Part shown: positions 25,060-39,090 of the stretch, piece after piece | Layout of the letters: each line of letters opens with the position of its first letter | Position numbering within the stretch: position 1 is the stretch's first letter | DNA from: Octopus sinensis | Lineage: Eukaryota | Direction of reading: 5' to 3' | Assembly: GCF_006345805.1 (NCBI RefSeq) | Contig: NC_042997.1 | Span: 209,622,001-209,686,000 of the forward strand | DNA length: 64,000 nt | Position numbers and translations under genes: made by a program | The notes under the pieces: generated by a model | What the model saw: only the letters and a program-made list of their open reading frames with translations | The model's database searches: none | What the model was told of the DNA's origin: nothing

Positions 25060-25720
25060 TATAAAATCTTCTGGGAAAGTGGTGTGGGCATACTCTTAGC
25101 TGAGAAATGGGTGGATAATGTGATTGAAGTAGAGTGTGCAATATAGTACTTAAGCTTAGACTAGTTTTGCAACAATTATCACTGCCTATGCTCCCCAAGT
25201 GGGACTGCCAAATGAACAAAAGGATTGCTTTTATGATATTCTTTTGCAGACTACCTCAAAGACAAATAAGTGACCTTCTCTTCGTGATTGGTGACTTCAG
25301 TGGACATGTTGGGCAGCAAATGCGTGTCTTCCATGGTGAGCATGGTGGCCATGGAGTTGGTTCCCATAAAGAGAAGGGAACAAAGCTCCTGGAATTCTGT
25401 GAAGCAAATAACCTAATTCAGGAAGACTGTCAGTCTGGTGGCCAAGCTAACCAGGCTGGCTACATTCTCATCAGAAAGTGTGATGCATGATTGCTCAAAA
25501 TCACAAAGGCTTTCCCTGGTGAAAGATGTCCCCCTCAGCGTAGGTTAGTCATTAGTAACCTCAGCCCACAGGACAGAAGGATTTCAAGAAGCAGATCAGT
25601 TTGGAAAAGAAAGATCTAACGGGTTAAAGATTCTCTGAACAGCCAGAGATTTAGAGACTGCTCAAATGAAGCATTTAATGAGGAAGAGGAGGTGTTAGGA
25701 GCGTGTAATACAGAGGATAA
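25060..25720 (+). pseudogene. RTE-clade LINE AP-endonuclease fragment
   Basis: YAPQVGLPNEQKDCFYD...IGDFSGHVG...HGGHGVG...GTKLLEFCEANNLI, with frameshifts. Confidence 0.85.
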
Positions 25721-26500
25721 TCAGAAGTTCCTTAAAGAGAGTAACATATTGAAACCACAGTATTAAATTGGAGGGGGAGGTGTTAGTACCAACCAAGAAG
25801 CTGGTGATGGTTGTGGTGTTGGCAGTGAAGTTGGTGAGTTGTTAAAGCTACTTACCCCGGTTTGGTTTAATAGTAGATGAGAGTTGGGAGAGAGGATGAA
25901 ACAAGGCGCTGTTTCTTTTACTTAGACTGTGGCCATACTGGAGCACTGCTTTGTGAACTTTAGACACATGAATCAACTTCGGTACTTTTTTTACTTTTTT
26001 TTAATACTGGTATTTATTCTATATGTCACTTTTGCCAAATTGCTTAGTAGTTATGGGAACATAAACAAACCAACACTGGTTGTCGAGTGATGGTAGTGGA
26101 CAAACACAGACACAATGACATTGCACAAATATATATATATAATCGTCATTGTCGTTTAACATCTGCTTTCCATGCTGGCATGGGTTGGATGGTTTGACTG
26201 AGAACTGGCAAGCCAGGAGGCTTCACCGGGCTCCTATCTGATTTGGCAAGGTTTCTACAGCTGGATGCCCTTCCAAATGCCAACCAGTCCGAGAATATAG
26301 TGGGTGCTTTTTACGTGCCACCAGCACAGGTGCCAGTCAGGTGGCACTGGCACCGGCCACACTTGAATGATGGGATCCCTATAAACATCTGTGTGGTTGT
26401 TTGGCAAGAAATTGCTAAACCCTCATTCATCGTCTAATGACTATAGAGTCCATGACACACACACACACACGCATGCACGCACACACACACGCATGCATGC

Positions 26501-26538
<38 letters not shown>

Positions 26539-27247
26539 CTGGTTTCTTTCAGTTTCTGTCCACCAAATCCACTGACAGGGTTTCCGTCAGCCTGAGGAGA
26601 TGGTTGAAGACACTTGCTTGCCCGAGGTGTCGTCACTCGGTGGGACTGAACCCGGAACCATGTGGCTGGGAAGCAAACTTCTTACCACACAGCCAGATCT
26701 TTTTTTGCAGATCGTATTAAGATATTGCTGCTGCACTGCTGCACTGCTAACTGCAACAGTTGCACAGTTTCACGCTTACGCTTGAGCACCATCTTGTTTG
26801 ATCAAACTCTATCTTTGCTTTTAGGTTAATAACTTTAGGCCATAGCAAAAAGAAAAATCAATAAACGATCATTTCAACCTTTCACCCCCATTTCCCCCTC
26901 TTTTTCTCTATCCCATTGTCTCTCCACCTCCCTCTCTCTGTCTCTTTCTCTCTCTCACTCTTTCTTTTTTTCTCTCTCTCCCTCTCTCTAATGTCTCTCC
27001 TCCCTTTTTTTTCCCTTTATAATCCTACTTTAGAGTAGATTCTTGAAAAAACAATTTAGACTTCTTAGAAAAAAGTCAGGGACGTGCTCTGCTTGAAAAC
27101 TAAATGGCAAAGTCGGTGCTGGTGGTATTAATAATACTTAATGAAGTGAACCAAGAGAAATTTTAATTAAAATTGTACTTGTATGTAAAGAGAAAGAATA
27201 AAGAAAGAAGAAGAAAAAAATCCTTCGTTCGTTCGATGATTGATTAA

Positions 27248-27310
27248 TTAGTGCTCAGAAGAAGCAAGGGAGACAATCTGCAACATTTCAATTAAGTCTG
27301 CGACGTAAAC
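27248..27310 (-). CDS. Weak candidate terminal exon (VYVADLIEMLQIVSLASSEH*)
   Basis: Acceptor ctgttatttttag and an open phase-0 frame to TAA. No partner exon was found. Confidence 0.2.
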   Translation of the reverse strand, partial: VYVADLIEMLQIVSLASSEH

Positions 27311-27759
27311 CTAAAAATAACAGACAATCCACAGAATCTCTGATACAATAAGCAGACAATCCATAAAGTCTTTTGACGTACGATGAGAAAACAACAACAA
27401 CATCAACAACAAACACATTGACAAACAAACAAACCAACAAACCAACAAATGATGATATATGCAAAGAAATAAAAGTGGAATCAATGTGAAATGTAAAGAA
27501 GAGAAAAATGGTGAAATGTCTTTGAAAGAAGATTAGAAACTGTAACAACAGAGAAATGGTAAACATCCAGATAATAGGATGGGATGAATATTTCATTGAA
27601 TCAATAACCAATCAATAGGTTACTATGATCTGTTTTAAAGATTAGGTCATAAAACTCTGTGCAAAGTGCGTAATTTCATTACAGCCGGGGTTTTTGTTGT
27701 TTTCATACCAACTTGGAAATTCCTGGTTAATGGTGATGGTTTTCCTAATCAGGAGGTTG

Positions 27760-28320
27760 GAAGTGGTGGTGGTGGTGGCGGTGGTGGTGGTGATGGTGGT
27801 AGTGGTAGTGGTGGTATTGGTGGTGGTGGGGCTGATGGTGGTGGTGATGGTGGTTGTTGTTGTTGGTGGTGGTGGTTGGTGATGGCGGCAGTGGTTGTGG
27901 TGGTGATGGTGATGGTAGTGGTGGTGGTGATGGTGGTGGTGGCTGATCAGATTAAGGTGGTGGTAGTGGGGGTGGTGGTTGCAGTGGTACAGGTGGCTGT
28001 CATGGCTGATGGTGGCAGTGGTAGTGATGGTGGTGGAATTTATAACTGCGGTAGTGTGTGTGGTGTGTGTGTGTGTGTGGTGATGATGATGATGGTGGTG
28101 GTAGTTGTGTGGTAGTAGAGGATGTGGTGTCACTGTGTTGGGTGTTTGATGGTATTGGCCTTTGCGGTAAAGTGATGTGTGGTGTTGATGTTTTGGCTGC
28201 GTACTGGCAGCAGTGGTAGTGGTGGTGATGGTGGTAGTTGTAGTGGTAGGAGCTGTGTGACAGTAGAAATAGCAGTGGTGGTGGTGTTGATGATGGTGAT
28301 GATGATGTGCTGCCCATCAA
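27760..28320. repeat. (GGT/TGG/GAT)n low-complexity tract
   Basis: Seen directly. Confidence 0.9.
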
Positions 28321-29487
28321 CAATTGATAATTAGTTATGGAATTGGAGAACCTGCAATGACGGTTATAAATATTTAAAACTGGTGAGACAATGGTCAGGG
28401 AGTGGAGATAAAGGTCAAAGGTGACAGTGTATTTCGGCTGGACACGACCTTGCAGAACCAAGGACATAGGAAGCAGGACATTAGTAATACACCTCATGCC
28501 GCCCTAAAATAACTGCACAGACATATTATGTTGTAAAAATATATTTAAAACTCTGACAGGTGGGGAGTGGAAACAGGTGTTAATTGAACTTGAGAAGAAT
28601 TTAATGTGATTATTGTTATGGCCTATTGCTAAGGGCGTTGCACTGACAACCACAAGATTGTGGTTTCAGTTCCTGGACTGGGCGGTGCATTGTGTTCTTG
28701 AGCAAAATGCTTCATTCCACTTGCTCCTGTTCACTCACCTGTACAGGGGTTATTCTGTGATGGGCTGTTGTCCAGTTAGGGTAAATGTTGTGATCTTGGT
28801 CGCTTATATGTTATGGAAACTGGGTAAGCAGCCCCATGAGCCTCAGGAATCAAGACAGTACTTAGGATTGTTATTGGTTTCAGATTTTGGCACAAAGCCA
28901 GCAATTTCGGGGAAAGGGTAAGTCAATCACTTCGACCCCAGTGCACAACTGGTACTTATTTTATCGACCCCGAAACGATGAAAAGCAACATCAACCTTAA
29001 CAGAATTTGAACTCAGAAGGTAAAGGCAGACAAAATTTTTCCAGGTGTGCTAATAGCATTTTGCCAGGTGTGTTAACAGTCCTTCCATCTCACCACTGTA
29101 CTTATTATCATTATTGAATATAAAATGTCATTGACCAGTTGTTGTGGTGCTGGTGGTTGTGGTTTGATCTCCAGATCAGCCCTGATCAAGCAGATATATT
29201 ATCATAAAGGTATTCCAACCATGATCGTCCTGTTGCATCTTTTTTTTTGTGGAATCCTATACTTTGGATGACATTATTCAGTGAGTCCTTTATTAAAATT
29301 GTGTGATTTGAGGAAGATTTGACCTTTATAGCAGGTCAAACAACCATAAACCAGCTCCTTTGTTGGCATGTTTTGTTTTCAGGACAGTGAATTTTGATAT
29401 TCCAGTGGGTGGGGGTTGCTTTGTTTAGGATAAGGAGGATTATTTTGGAAACCCCAAACTCAAGCTGTCTGCATCAGAACAAAAACA

Positions 29488-29518
<31 letters not shown>

Positions 29519-30770
29519 TCATTCACTCACTCACTCACACACTCACTCTCACACACACTCACTCTCACACACACTCACTCTCACACACACTCACTCACGC
29601 ACTCACAAACTCACTCACTTGCTCACTCACTCTCTCATTCACTCACTCTCTCACTCTCTCCTGTTTTTCTTTTCCTGTTGATGGTTTCAGGTTCACTCCC
29701 TCTGTGCAGCACCTTGCACAATTGTCTTCTACTCTAACCCTGGGCTAACCAATACCTTGTGAGTGAATTGCATGAAGGAAAACTATGTAGAAGCCCATAG
29801 TGCATGTGTGTGTCTCCTTGTCTTGGCATCACATGACAGTTGTAAACGAGTGTCACTGTCATACAAGCAGTGTCGTTCACTTCCAGTATTCTGTCAAAAT
29901 CATTACCTCACTCAGAAACAGGTGAAGGTTGGTGACAGGAAGGGCATCCACCTGTAGAAAATATGCTGCAATAAACTTCATCTGATTTATGCAAGTAAGG
30001 AACAGTGGATGTCAAAACAATATTGATGCTGTTGCTGCTGATCATCATCATCATCATCGTTTAACATCCGCTTTCCATGCTAGCATGGGTTGGACGATTT
30101 TGACTGAGGGCTGGCGAACCAGATGGCTGCACCAGGCTCCAATCTTGATCTGACAGAGTTTCTACAGCTGGATGCCCTTCTTAACGCCAACCACACCAAG
30201 AGTGTGGTGGGTGCTTTTTATGTGCCACCGGCATGGAGCCAGTCAGGTGGTACTGGCAATGACCTCACTCAAATCTTTTTACACATGCCACTGGCACAGG
30301 TGCCAGTAAGGCGACGCTGGTAACGATCACGCTTGAATGGCACCGTTTTACATGCCACCGGCACAGAGCCAGTTGGCTGCTCTGGCAACGATCACGCTCA
30401 GATGGTGCTCTTGGCACCCTACTAGCACGGGCACAAGTGCCAGTAAGGTGATGCTGGTAATGATCACACTCGAATGGTGCCCTTTTATGTGCCCCTGGCA
30501 TGGAAGCCGGTTAGCCGCTCTGTCAATGATCACCCTCGTATGGTGCTCTTTGCACACCGCTAGCACGGATGCCAGTCATTGAATTTGAATTTGATTTCAC
30601 TTGCCTCAACAGGTCTTCGCAAGCAGAGTTTAGTGACCAAAGAAGGAAAAGGTACGCACAGGTGGGCTGGTTGCACTCATTCACTCTACCCCACATGTTC
30701 ATTTGTATATCAGATAATGTTTATATTATGTAGAATATTTTACAAGTCTTACATTGTGACACGCAGACAG

Positions 30771-30840
<70 letters not shown>

Positions 30841-31968
30841 CATCCTATGGCAGGGCGTGTTTGTATTAACCCTGATTATTTCAGTGGACTTTGGTCCTCA
30901 TAGAAAATAATTCTTCAATAAACTCACTCTCACATTTGCTCATGTTCTGTTCGGTACTGGTTTTACCAAAGCTTGAGGAACAAAAAAAAACAAAGTAGTG
31001 CTTGGTGGAAAAAAATTAGGACTCAAAAATGGATGGGAATCCAAAGAAATCCTTTAAGGTATCTGGTATTGTTACTTCTCATTTCTGCTATCTTTGCTAT
31101 CAGAAATCAAAATAACTTCTCAAAATCCATCTGGTAGGTAATGTTGTTGTTGTTGTTACTGCTGTTTAACCCCAGGTCCTCCTTCATTGAGCCAACTTAT
31201 GGTTAAAGACATTATAGTTGTGAGCATCCTGTTTGATTGTGTCTCAGAAAATATATTGTCTGATGTGTCCTTCCTGTATTTAAGACATTAACACATGATT
31301 TGAAAGTCATTTGGTTAGTATTTTTAGCAGGTCAAGTAACTGTGTAGAGGCTCATTTGTCAACTTGTGTTGTTGTTTAGCTTTTGGTTAGACATTATTGA
31401 GTAAACTTGATTAAAGGTGCTCCAGGTGGGACTATGCCATCTTTTTTTTTCTTATCATTGTATGTTTGTTTCCTTATGAAGACAGTAGAGTATAATTTGA
31501 GGGAGATTTGGCTGCTGTTTCTAGTAGTCAAGCAATTACATAAAGCCTCTATCCATGTCTCATGTAATGTCTAAATGATGGTAAAATCTGACGATGTTAA
31601 CCCTTTTGATGCCAATCCATCCTTGACCACCCCTGGTTCTTATGATACAAACTTCCCGTTTTTAAGGGATCTAAATTAAACCCTACTTCCATCCAAACTT
31701 CATGCTATGTTCCAAACACCAACTTAATGGGTTCAAGTACATCAACCCTGGTACTTAACTGGTACTTGTTTTATTGACCCTGAAAGGATGAAAAATAAGG
31801 TTGACTTTGGTGGGATTTGAACTCAGAATGTAAAGATTGACAAAATGCCACCAAACATTTTGCTTGGCACGGTAACAATTCTGCCAGCTTGCTGCTTTAA
31901 ACTTCAGTTTAATAAGGCTAGAGACAGACGGAGACAGAGGTACACACACACACACACACACACACAGA

Positions 31969-32007
<39 letters not shown>

Positions 32008-32229
32008 TCACACACATAAAAACACAAGCATATGAAGATGTAGAATATATACATACATGTATACATATGCACACACACACACGTATACACACATTCATAC
32101 ATGCATACCTACATACATGTGTATGCGTGCACACACTGACCCATACACGTGTACAAACAAACAAAAAGAATGCAGCTCGAATAACGGACAGAGTCAATGA
32201 CTATTGTAAAGGTAAGATGCAACAAAAAT

Positions 32230-32880
32230 TTTAGGAAGAATAAATGAGTGGAAACTTTACCAGTGAGTGTGTTAAATAATAAAGCACCAAAAGAGAATGA
32301 CTGTCCACAGACACAACAAAATATGCTTCAACACACAAACTCACATAAAGAATCTTGCAAACCAAATTCAAAAATGACAGTTATTTCATTAAATTCTTCA
32401 TTATTTTCAAAGTTAGTTGATATAAATTTAATGTTAGAAAATTACTATTTGTAAATCTCACAACGTGAGATATTCAGCAACAGTACTTTGTAGTAAAGAT
32501 TGTTTGCCAACATAACATAGCAGTCCTGGTTTAGGACAAATGTTGCTGTAATTTAGCCCCAGGAGACATCGTCACCAGCTGGCCATACGACCCAATTTGT
32601 GTCCTTATATTTTCGAACAAGGGAATCTAGCACCCCCACTCAGCTCAAAACAATATCTATGTATTGTTTTGTGCTGATGAAGGGAAATGACCCGGAAATT
32701 GCGATACACAGACATTGTTTTGAGCTGAGTGGGGGTGCTAGATTCCCTTGTTTGAAAATATAAGGACACAGATCGTGTTGTGAAACCAGTTGGAGACGGT
32801 GTCTCCTGAGGCTAAATTACAGCAACATTAGTCCTAAACCAGGACTGCCATGTTATGTCGACAAATAATCTTTACTATAA
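32230..32880. mobile_element. PLE-like foldback family F5 with an HHR at the palindrome centre
   Basis: Arms at about 32495-32666 / 32702-32878. The family recurs at 1222, 21284, about 41230 and 54740. Confidence 0.75.
32668..32712 (+). ncRNA. Type I hammerhead ribozyme motif, family F5
   Basis: TTTGTG-CTGATGA(32674-32680)-A-GGG aaatga CCC-G-GAAA-TTGCGA-TA-CACAGA. Stem I is 6 bp and the triplet is AUA. Confidence 0.7.
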
Positions 32881-34975
32881 CCTTAATGTATTTTAACAAA
32901 AGGGTTAATTCAAGATTTGTCACCTGTTTCTTACGGTCTGGGTTTAATCAGTTTTCCCCAAAATAGCTTACGTAATATTAATAGAAATCTATATTTATAA
33001 TGATTTTTTAAAAATCATTTATTGGAAATATAAATTTTTCATGGAGAGTTTTAAAAAAAAATCTATTCATCAATATTCCAATATAGAATTTTTGTTGTTT
33101 ATTCTGTTATTTAAAAAAAAAAAAGAAGAAAAAAATGTTTTCGATTTAGAATCAAAAATCAAATTTCAAGATTGTGACATCTTGTCCTCCATTAATTCTT
33201 TCTGTTTCCTTCTCTCCATCCTCCTCACTAGAGTGGAACAGAATAGACCAATGGTTCTCAATCATTTCTTGCTTGTGGAGATATTCTGTGCTTGAGAAGA
33301 CCCGGCAAGCCAAGTGAGACCGTAACTGTGGCCTATGCCAGTGCAGCATAACTGACCCATTTAAGAGTACCCTTCAATCTTTGGGCAATAAACTGTGCTT
33401 GCGAAGACCTGTTGAGCCAAGTGGAGTCATTGTCATGGCTGATGATGGTTCTGCCTGATTGGCACGTAAAAAGCACCATTCGAGCTTGGTTGATGCCAGT
33501 ACCAGCTGACTGGTCCCATGACGGTGGCACATAAAAAGCACCATTCAAGCGTGGTTGATGCCAGTGCTGCCTGACTGGGTCCTGTGCCGGTGGCACCTAA
33601 AAAGCACTCACTACACTCTCAGAGTGGTTGGCATTAAGAAGGGCATCCAGCTGTAGAATCTTTGCCAGATCTGATTGGAGCTTGGTGCAGCCTCCTGGCT
33701 TGCCAGTTCTCAGTCAAACCGTCCAACCCATGCCAGCATGGAAAGTGGACGTTAAATGATGATGACGATGGATGATGAATGATGATGATGATGGATCCCT
33801 TTGATTCCTATTTTACTCAAATGGAGCCCCACAACCATTTGAAGTTTTAGAAAATCTCATATTTTCATGAATAAATATTTTTAGAAATTGAATATAAAAA
33901 AAAAAAAATTGATATTTTGTGTATTGCAGAAATATAAGAGATGTATTGCTCATCATTTTTAACAATTGAATCTTCTATTGGAGGGCATCCAGCTATAGAA
34001 ATGATGCTGAAACAGAGGGCTGGAGTCTGGTGGCTCCAGCTCGCCAGCCCCATGCCAACATGGAAAACAGACATTAAATGTTGATGATGACCCCTAAGGG
34101 TCATGTGGAATCCTGTTGAGGACCACTGAAATAAACTGATTTAAAGATCAACCTTACACATCTGTCTGTCTGTCTGTCTATTTTCTGTTCTCTCTCTCTC
34201 TTTCTCTCTCTCGTTTTGCTCTGTTGCTAAGCACCAAGTCTTAGAAATAGGTTCTAACTACTTCATTTCTTTACCCTGGTTAATAGTATTTTACATTCCA
34301 GCTTGCCTTGTCCATTCAGTTCTGTGACATCTTTTCCACCCTGTCTTCCAGCATTCTTTCCACCCATCCTTGTAGTGTATTTTCCACTCAGCCCTGCCTT
34401 TTTCTTTTTTTCCGTCCCCAGACTTATTCTGTTTTCCCCCCCTCATGGTTTCCTCCTCATTACCTTAGCTCGCTCCCCCCCCAACTGTGTTTAATGTTTA
34501 CACGTGACAATATATAGAATAATATATGCACAGGTGTGGCTGTGTGGTAAGAAGGTGACTTTCCTACCACATGCTTCTGGGTTCAGTCCCACAAAGTGTT
34601 ACTCTTTGGGCAAATGTCTAACCAAATCCTTGTGAGTGGATTTGGTAGAGGGAAAATGAAAGAAGCCCATCATATATATGTATGTGTGTGTGTCTCTGTC
34701 CCCCACTATTGGCCAATTGGTGTTGGTGTGTTTACATCCTTGTACTGTAGTAGTTCAGCAAAAAGAGACCGATAAATAAGTACCCGGTTTTAAAAATGCA
34801 TAGTGGGGGGTCAATTCATTTGACTAAAGATTCAAGGTGGTGCCCCAGCATGGCCATATTCAAATGACTAAGACAAGTAAAAAATTTTTTTTTAAATGCT
34901 AAAAGATATTATAGTAGAACCTTACAGTACGTGTGCCCCATTCAGTTCTATATTTAAGAGATGAGAAATTATGAA

Positions 34976-35185
34976 CATTATTTACATTTGATGGATATTT
35001 GTCCTCATCCTGTTTCGGCTGATATACCCTCCAACCTTCATCAGGTGTCTTGGGGAAATTTCAAAGCTGGGTTCTCATTCCTAAGGTATTTTTCAATGTT
35101 ATTATTATTATTCAGGTCACTGCCTGGAATCGAATTCGGAATTTTGGGGTTAGTAGCCCATGCTCTTAACCACTATTCCATATGT
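34976..35185 (-). mobile_element. F1 tRNA-headed HHR element, copy 3
   Basis: Head at 35114-35184, then (TAA)n, then an HHR core at 35011-35049 with intact CTGATGA and GAAAC but the 3' stem-I strand deleted. Confidence 0.7.
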
Positions 35186-35239
35186 CTGTGGGCATATCTG
35201 TCAAATGTAAATAATGTAAATAAAGATTGCCCCATTGTA

Positions 35240-35605
35240 CCAGTAATTTGCTGTACGAACCGAGACTCATGCGAATTTTTGTCTCAAAGTACGAGCAGAA
35301 ATCCACAGTTTGAGCACACAAATCGTCCCATCTTTAAAGTAATTCAGTTAATAACACCCGTTTACATATTTCTTTTGCATTCTCTTTTCTTTATAATTAT
35401 CATTTTACTTGTAACGACACCTTTTCTGTTTTAAAACTGATAAAAAAAAATCATTTTTGAGTAGTTTTGTTGGGGGCTGGAACGGATTAATTATATTTTA
35501 GTTAATTACAATAGGGAAAATTGATTTGTAAAATGAGTAAACCATAAGACGAGCTCGGTCATGGAGTGAATTAAACTAGTATTGCAATACTGCAAGGTAT
35601 CACTG
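35240..35605. mobile_element. pogo/Tigger-like MITE relic (right end)
   Basis: Subterminal ggaacggattaa repeats and a terminus ...aggtatcactg. Confidence 0.55.
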
Positions 35606-38260
35606 AATTATATTAAAGACACACATTATGTTCTCACCGTTTCTGTCACTGTCTCTATCTAACGCTTTCCTCTTTCTTTTTCTCTCTCTGTGTACGTTGT
35701 TAATTAGGTTAGTCTCCTCCACGACACCATAGGGTGAAAAGTTTAATCTATACGTAAATACCTCCATCACCCTGGCTTAATCTGTTATGGGTAATGGATT
35801 AAAATGTTTGTCAAGGTGAGAACTAGAAGCTAGACATACCACTCTGTCAATGTGTGTGTTTTATTATTATTATTATTAATATTGTTATTTCTTAATCTAG
35901 TCACTCTTGTTATTAAATCTTCTTCTTAATAAACAGATTACATAGATATATTCTGAAAAATAAAAACAATTACCATTCACAGTTTATCTGACATGATACC
36001 ACCATTACCTTCAGTACATCTGTACTGGGAGTGTGGAGGGGTAGGGATGGATATGTCTAATTCCATAATAAACTAGCTCTAGTAACTGGATGTGGAGGGC
36101 AAAGAGCAGAGTCATTTAATTCTGTGATTTTATGAACCTCATTGTAATAATATCATTCAGTTTACATCCTACTTTTCACGTACATTGAACATTTCAGTAT
36201 GAACATGAATGATGGTGTTGTTGCTTACAGATTGCCAACAGACCAATCACTGGTCAGCATTATTTTTTGTCATGAGCCAATCGCTGGTCAACACTATTTC
36301 CAGTGGACCAATCACTGGTCAGCATGAAGTCCAATGGCAAGAGCGAGAATGGTGTCTTTGTAACTTGGACAGAATAAATGCATCTTTTTATTTTTCCTTT
36401 GCCTTTCTTTTTATTTCCATACAAGGCTGGAGGTAATTATAGTGTAAGGGACCACAAAGAAGGAAAAGAAGGGGCCCACAATTTCCAAAGATGTCAATAG
36501 ACAAAGCTTAAAAGGCAGCGAGCTGGCAGAAACGTTAGCACGCCGGGTGAAATGCTTAGCAGTATTTTGTCTCCTGCTATGTTCTGAGTTCAAATTCCGC
36601 CGAGGTCGACTTTGCCTTTCATCCTTTCAGGGTCGATAAATTAAGTACCAGTTATGCACTGGGGTCGATGTAATTGACTTAATCCCTTTGTCTGTCCTTG
36701 TTTGTCCTCTCTGTATTTAGCCCCTTATGGGTAGTAAAGAAATAAGAAAGCTTAAAAGACCGAATATCACAGACCAGAGGAAAACAAAAAGATGACCATG
36801 GGTTGTAGAGAGCAGCTGTTTGAAGAATGATGCTGTTAGAATGAAAGGACTTTTGACGATGTTTAAAGGTGTTGAGAGAGAGGGTAGCAGACCAAAAAGT
36901 TCATCAGAGCAATGGACCTGGAAATACTGACAGAAAAGATGCAATGAAGATAAATTCCGACAACGAAAGACTGAAACCAATTAGAAAGAACTGGATTCAC
37001 CATTGTTAATTTGATTCTGAATTTGGAAACAAGTAAATCAAAATCGAAATCAATCAACATCAATGGAAATTGTAGCTGTGATATCAGTGCCGGTGGCACG
37101 TAAGAGAACCATCCGAACATGGCCGTTGCCAGCGCCGCCCGGACTGGCCTCCATGCCAGTGGCATGTAAAAAGCACCCACTACACTCATGGAGTGGTTGG
37201 CGTTAGGAAGGGCATCCAGCTGTAGAAAAACTGCCAGATCAAGATTGGAGCCTGGTGCAGCCTTCTGGCTTCCCAGACCCCAGTTGAACCGTCCAACCCA
37301 TGCTAGCATGGAAAGTGGACATTAAACAATGATGATGATGATGATGAAGTAAAGGCACTTAAAGAAGGCGCCAGCCCAAAGATGGTGGCAACATTTAATG
37401 AATGGCCAAGCAGTGGCCTTACAGAGATACAATTTACTTTCAAGTGTAAGAAATTTGTAAGCACAGTTGTAGGATTCTACCTTCTTGGAACAAATATGTT
37501 CAGTCCAATGCCATATTGTCTGTCAAGAGAATTTCTTACTCAAAGTTAAAACAAGGAGTTGGCTTCAGACTAACACACCGATTTTCCACCAATATCTTGA
37601 TGCTTAAGAACCTTTTGTTAGGTTCCAGCCTCCAAATTAACGATGGCAGTTATTTTATTAAATCTTTCTAAATCTTTGATTATTTTCAAAAATATTTTAA
37701 ACCTACAAATTATTTTTTATTAACCCCATTCGAGCGTGATCGTTACCAGCATCGTGATCGTTACTAGCACCTGTGCCGGTGGCATGTGTAAAAGATTCGA
37801 GCAAGATCATTGCCAGTACCGCCTGACTGACCCCCATGCTGGAGGCATGTAAAATGTACCCACTACACTCTTGGACTGGTTGGCGTTAGGAAGGGCATCC
37901 AGCTGTAGAAACTCTGCCAGATCAAGATTGGAGCCTGGTGCAGCCATCTGGTTCGCCAGCCCTCAGTCAAAATCGTCCAACCATGGAAAGCGGACGTTAA
38001 ACAACAATGATGATGATGACCATGGTTACCAAAGGGTTAAGAATGGTAATCTGTATTTTACTTTGGATCTATGTTTGATATCTTATCTAAAAGGTCATGT
38101 TGTACATTGAACTTAACATAGGCAAGAATTTTGGGTCTATTGTTTAATAATTCTAATATCCTCACTTCCACAACTTGGAACCCAACAAAACAGCTTTAGA
38201 TTTGAACACAAGTTTTTATTTCTTCATATTTATTAATCATAAAGTATTAAGATTAACTGC

Positions 38261-38521
38261 ATTGTTTCAGATTATCCCAGATTGTCTTGGTTTTGTTAAA
38301 TTGTCTCTGATAAACCTAGATTGTCTTTGATTATCTCAAATTGTCTCAAACTGTTTCAGATTGTCCTAGATTGTCTCAGATTTTCTCAGGTTTTCTTAGA
38401 TTGTTTTAAATTGTCTGCGATTTCCCTGGATTATCTCAGCTTGTCTCAGATTATCTCAAATTGTCTTGCATTGTTTCAGGTTATCTTAGATTGTCTCAGA
38501 TTATCTCAGTTTGTCTTGGAT
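38261..38521. repeat. Degenerate 10-bp tandem repeat (about 25 units, consensus ttgtctcaga)
   Basis: The 10-bp register is held with very few indels. Confidence 0.85.
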
Positions 38522-38544
38522 CATCAGAGAAGTACTAAACTCTT

Positions 38545-39090
38545 GTCACCTTCAGAGTAGGATCCTCTGACTTCAATGCATTTATTGCAACATTCCAACC
38601 ACTTTGTGAAGGCCCCATGGAAGTCTTGGACACCTAGGGTCTTTGTCACAGCCTCCATCATCTTCTCCTTCAGCTTTGGGAAAAACCTAACAAGAAGGAA
38701 TAGGGAATTGGTGAATTGTCCTGGTGCAGATGTTCTGGCCTTTTGCTACAAAATCTCTTCCTGAATTCTCTCAAAATCTCCACAAAGTACTCCTTGTTAA
38801 CCATCAGGTCAGAGGGAACCCAGTAGATATTGATGGTGCCCTTTCTTTTGAAAACGGGGAGCTTCCTGGTGGACTTGCTTTGCTTGGATTCTTGTGCCAG
38901 TGGAAAGCAGATACTTGGTTCATATAAGTTAATCCATAAGCCATCTGGGGCATTTCATAAATTCTTGTAGCATCTTCCCTCAGATTAACACAAAACCTTA
39001 TTGCATGGTGAGCTTCAAAATTATCTTTCGGCCCCAATTGCGCTCTGCAAACTAATCAACTGTGCTAAGTAGTGTTTAGTAGGGTGTGTT
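38545..39090 (-). pseudogene. Mariner transposase relic
   Basis: ORF 38804-39037 gives HAIRFCVNLREDATRIYEMPQMAYG...VSAFHWHK, resembling a mariner N-terminal HTH. Confidence 0.7.

Noticed and set aside
32375-32410. ATGAAGA...GAAA...GTC on the - strand
   Set aside because: The core is mutated and the stems are too weak to call a ribozyme.
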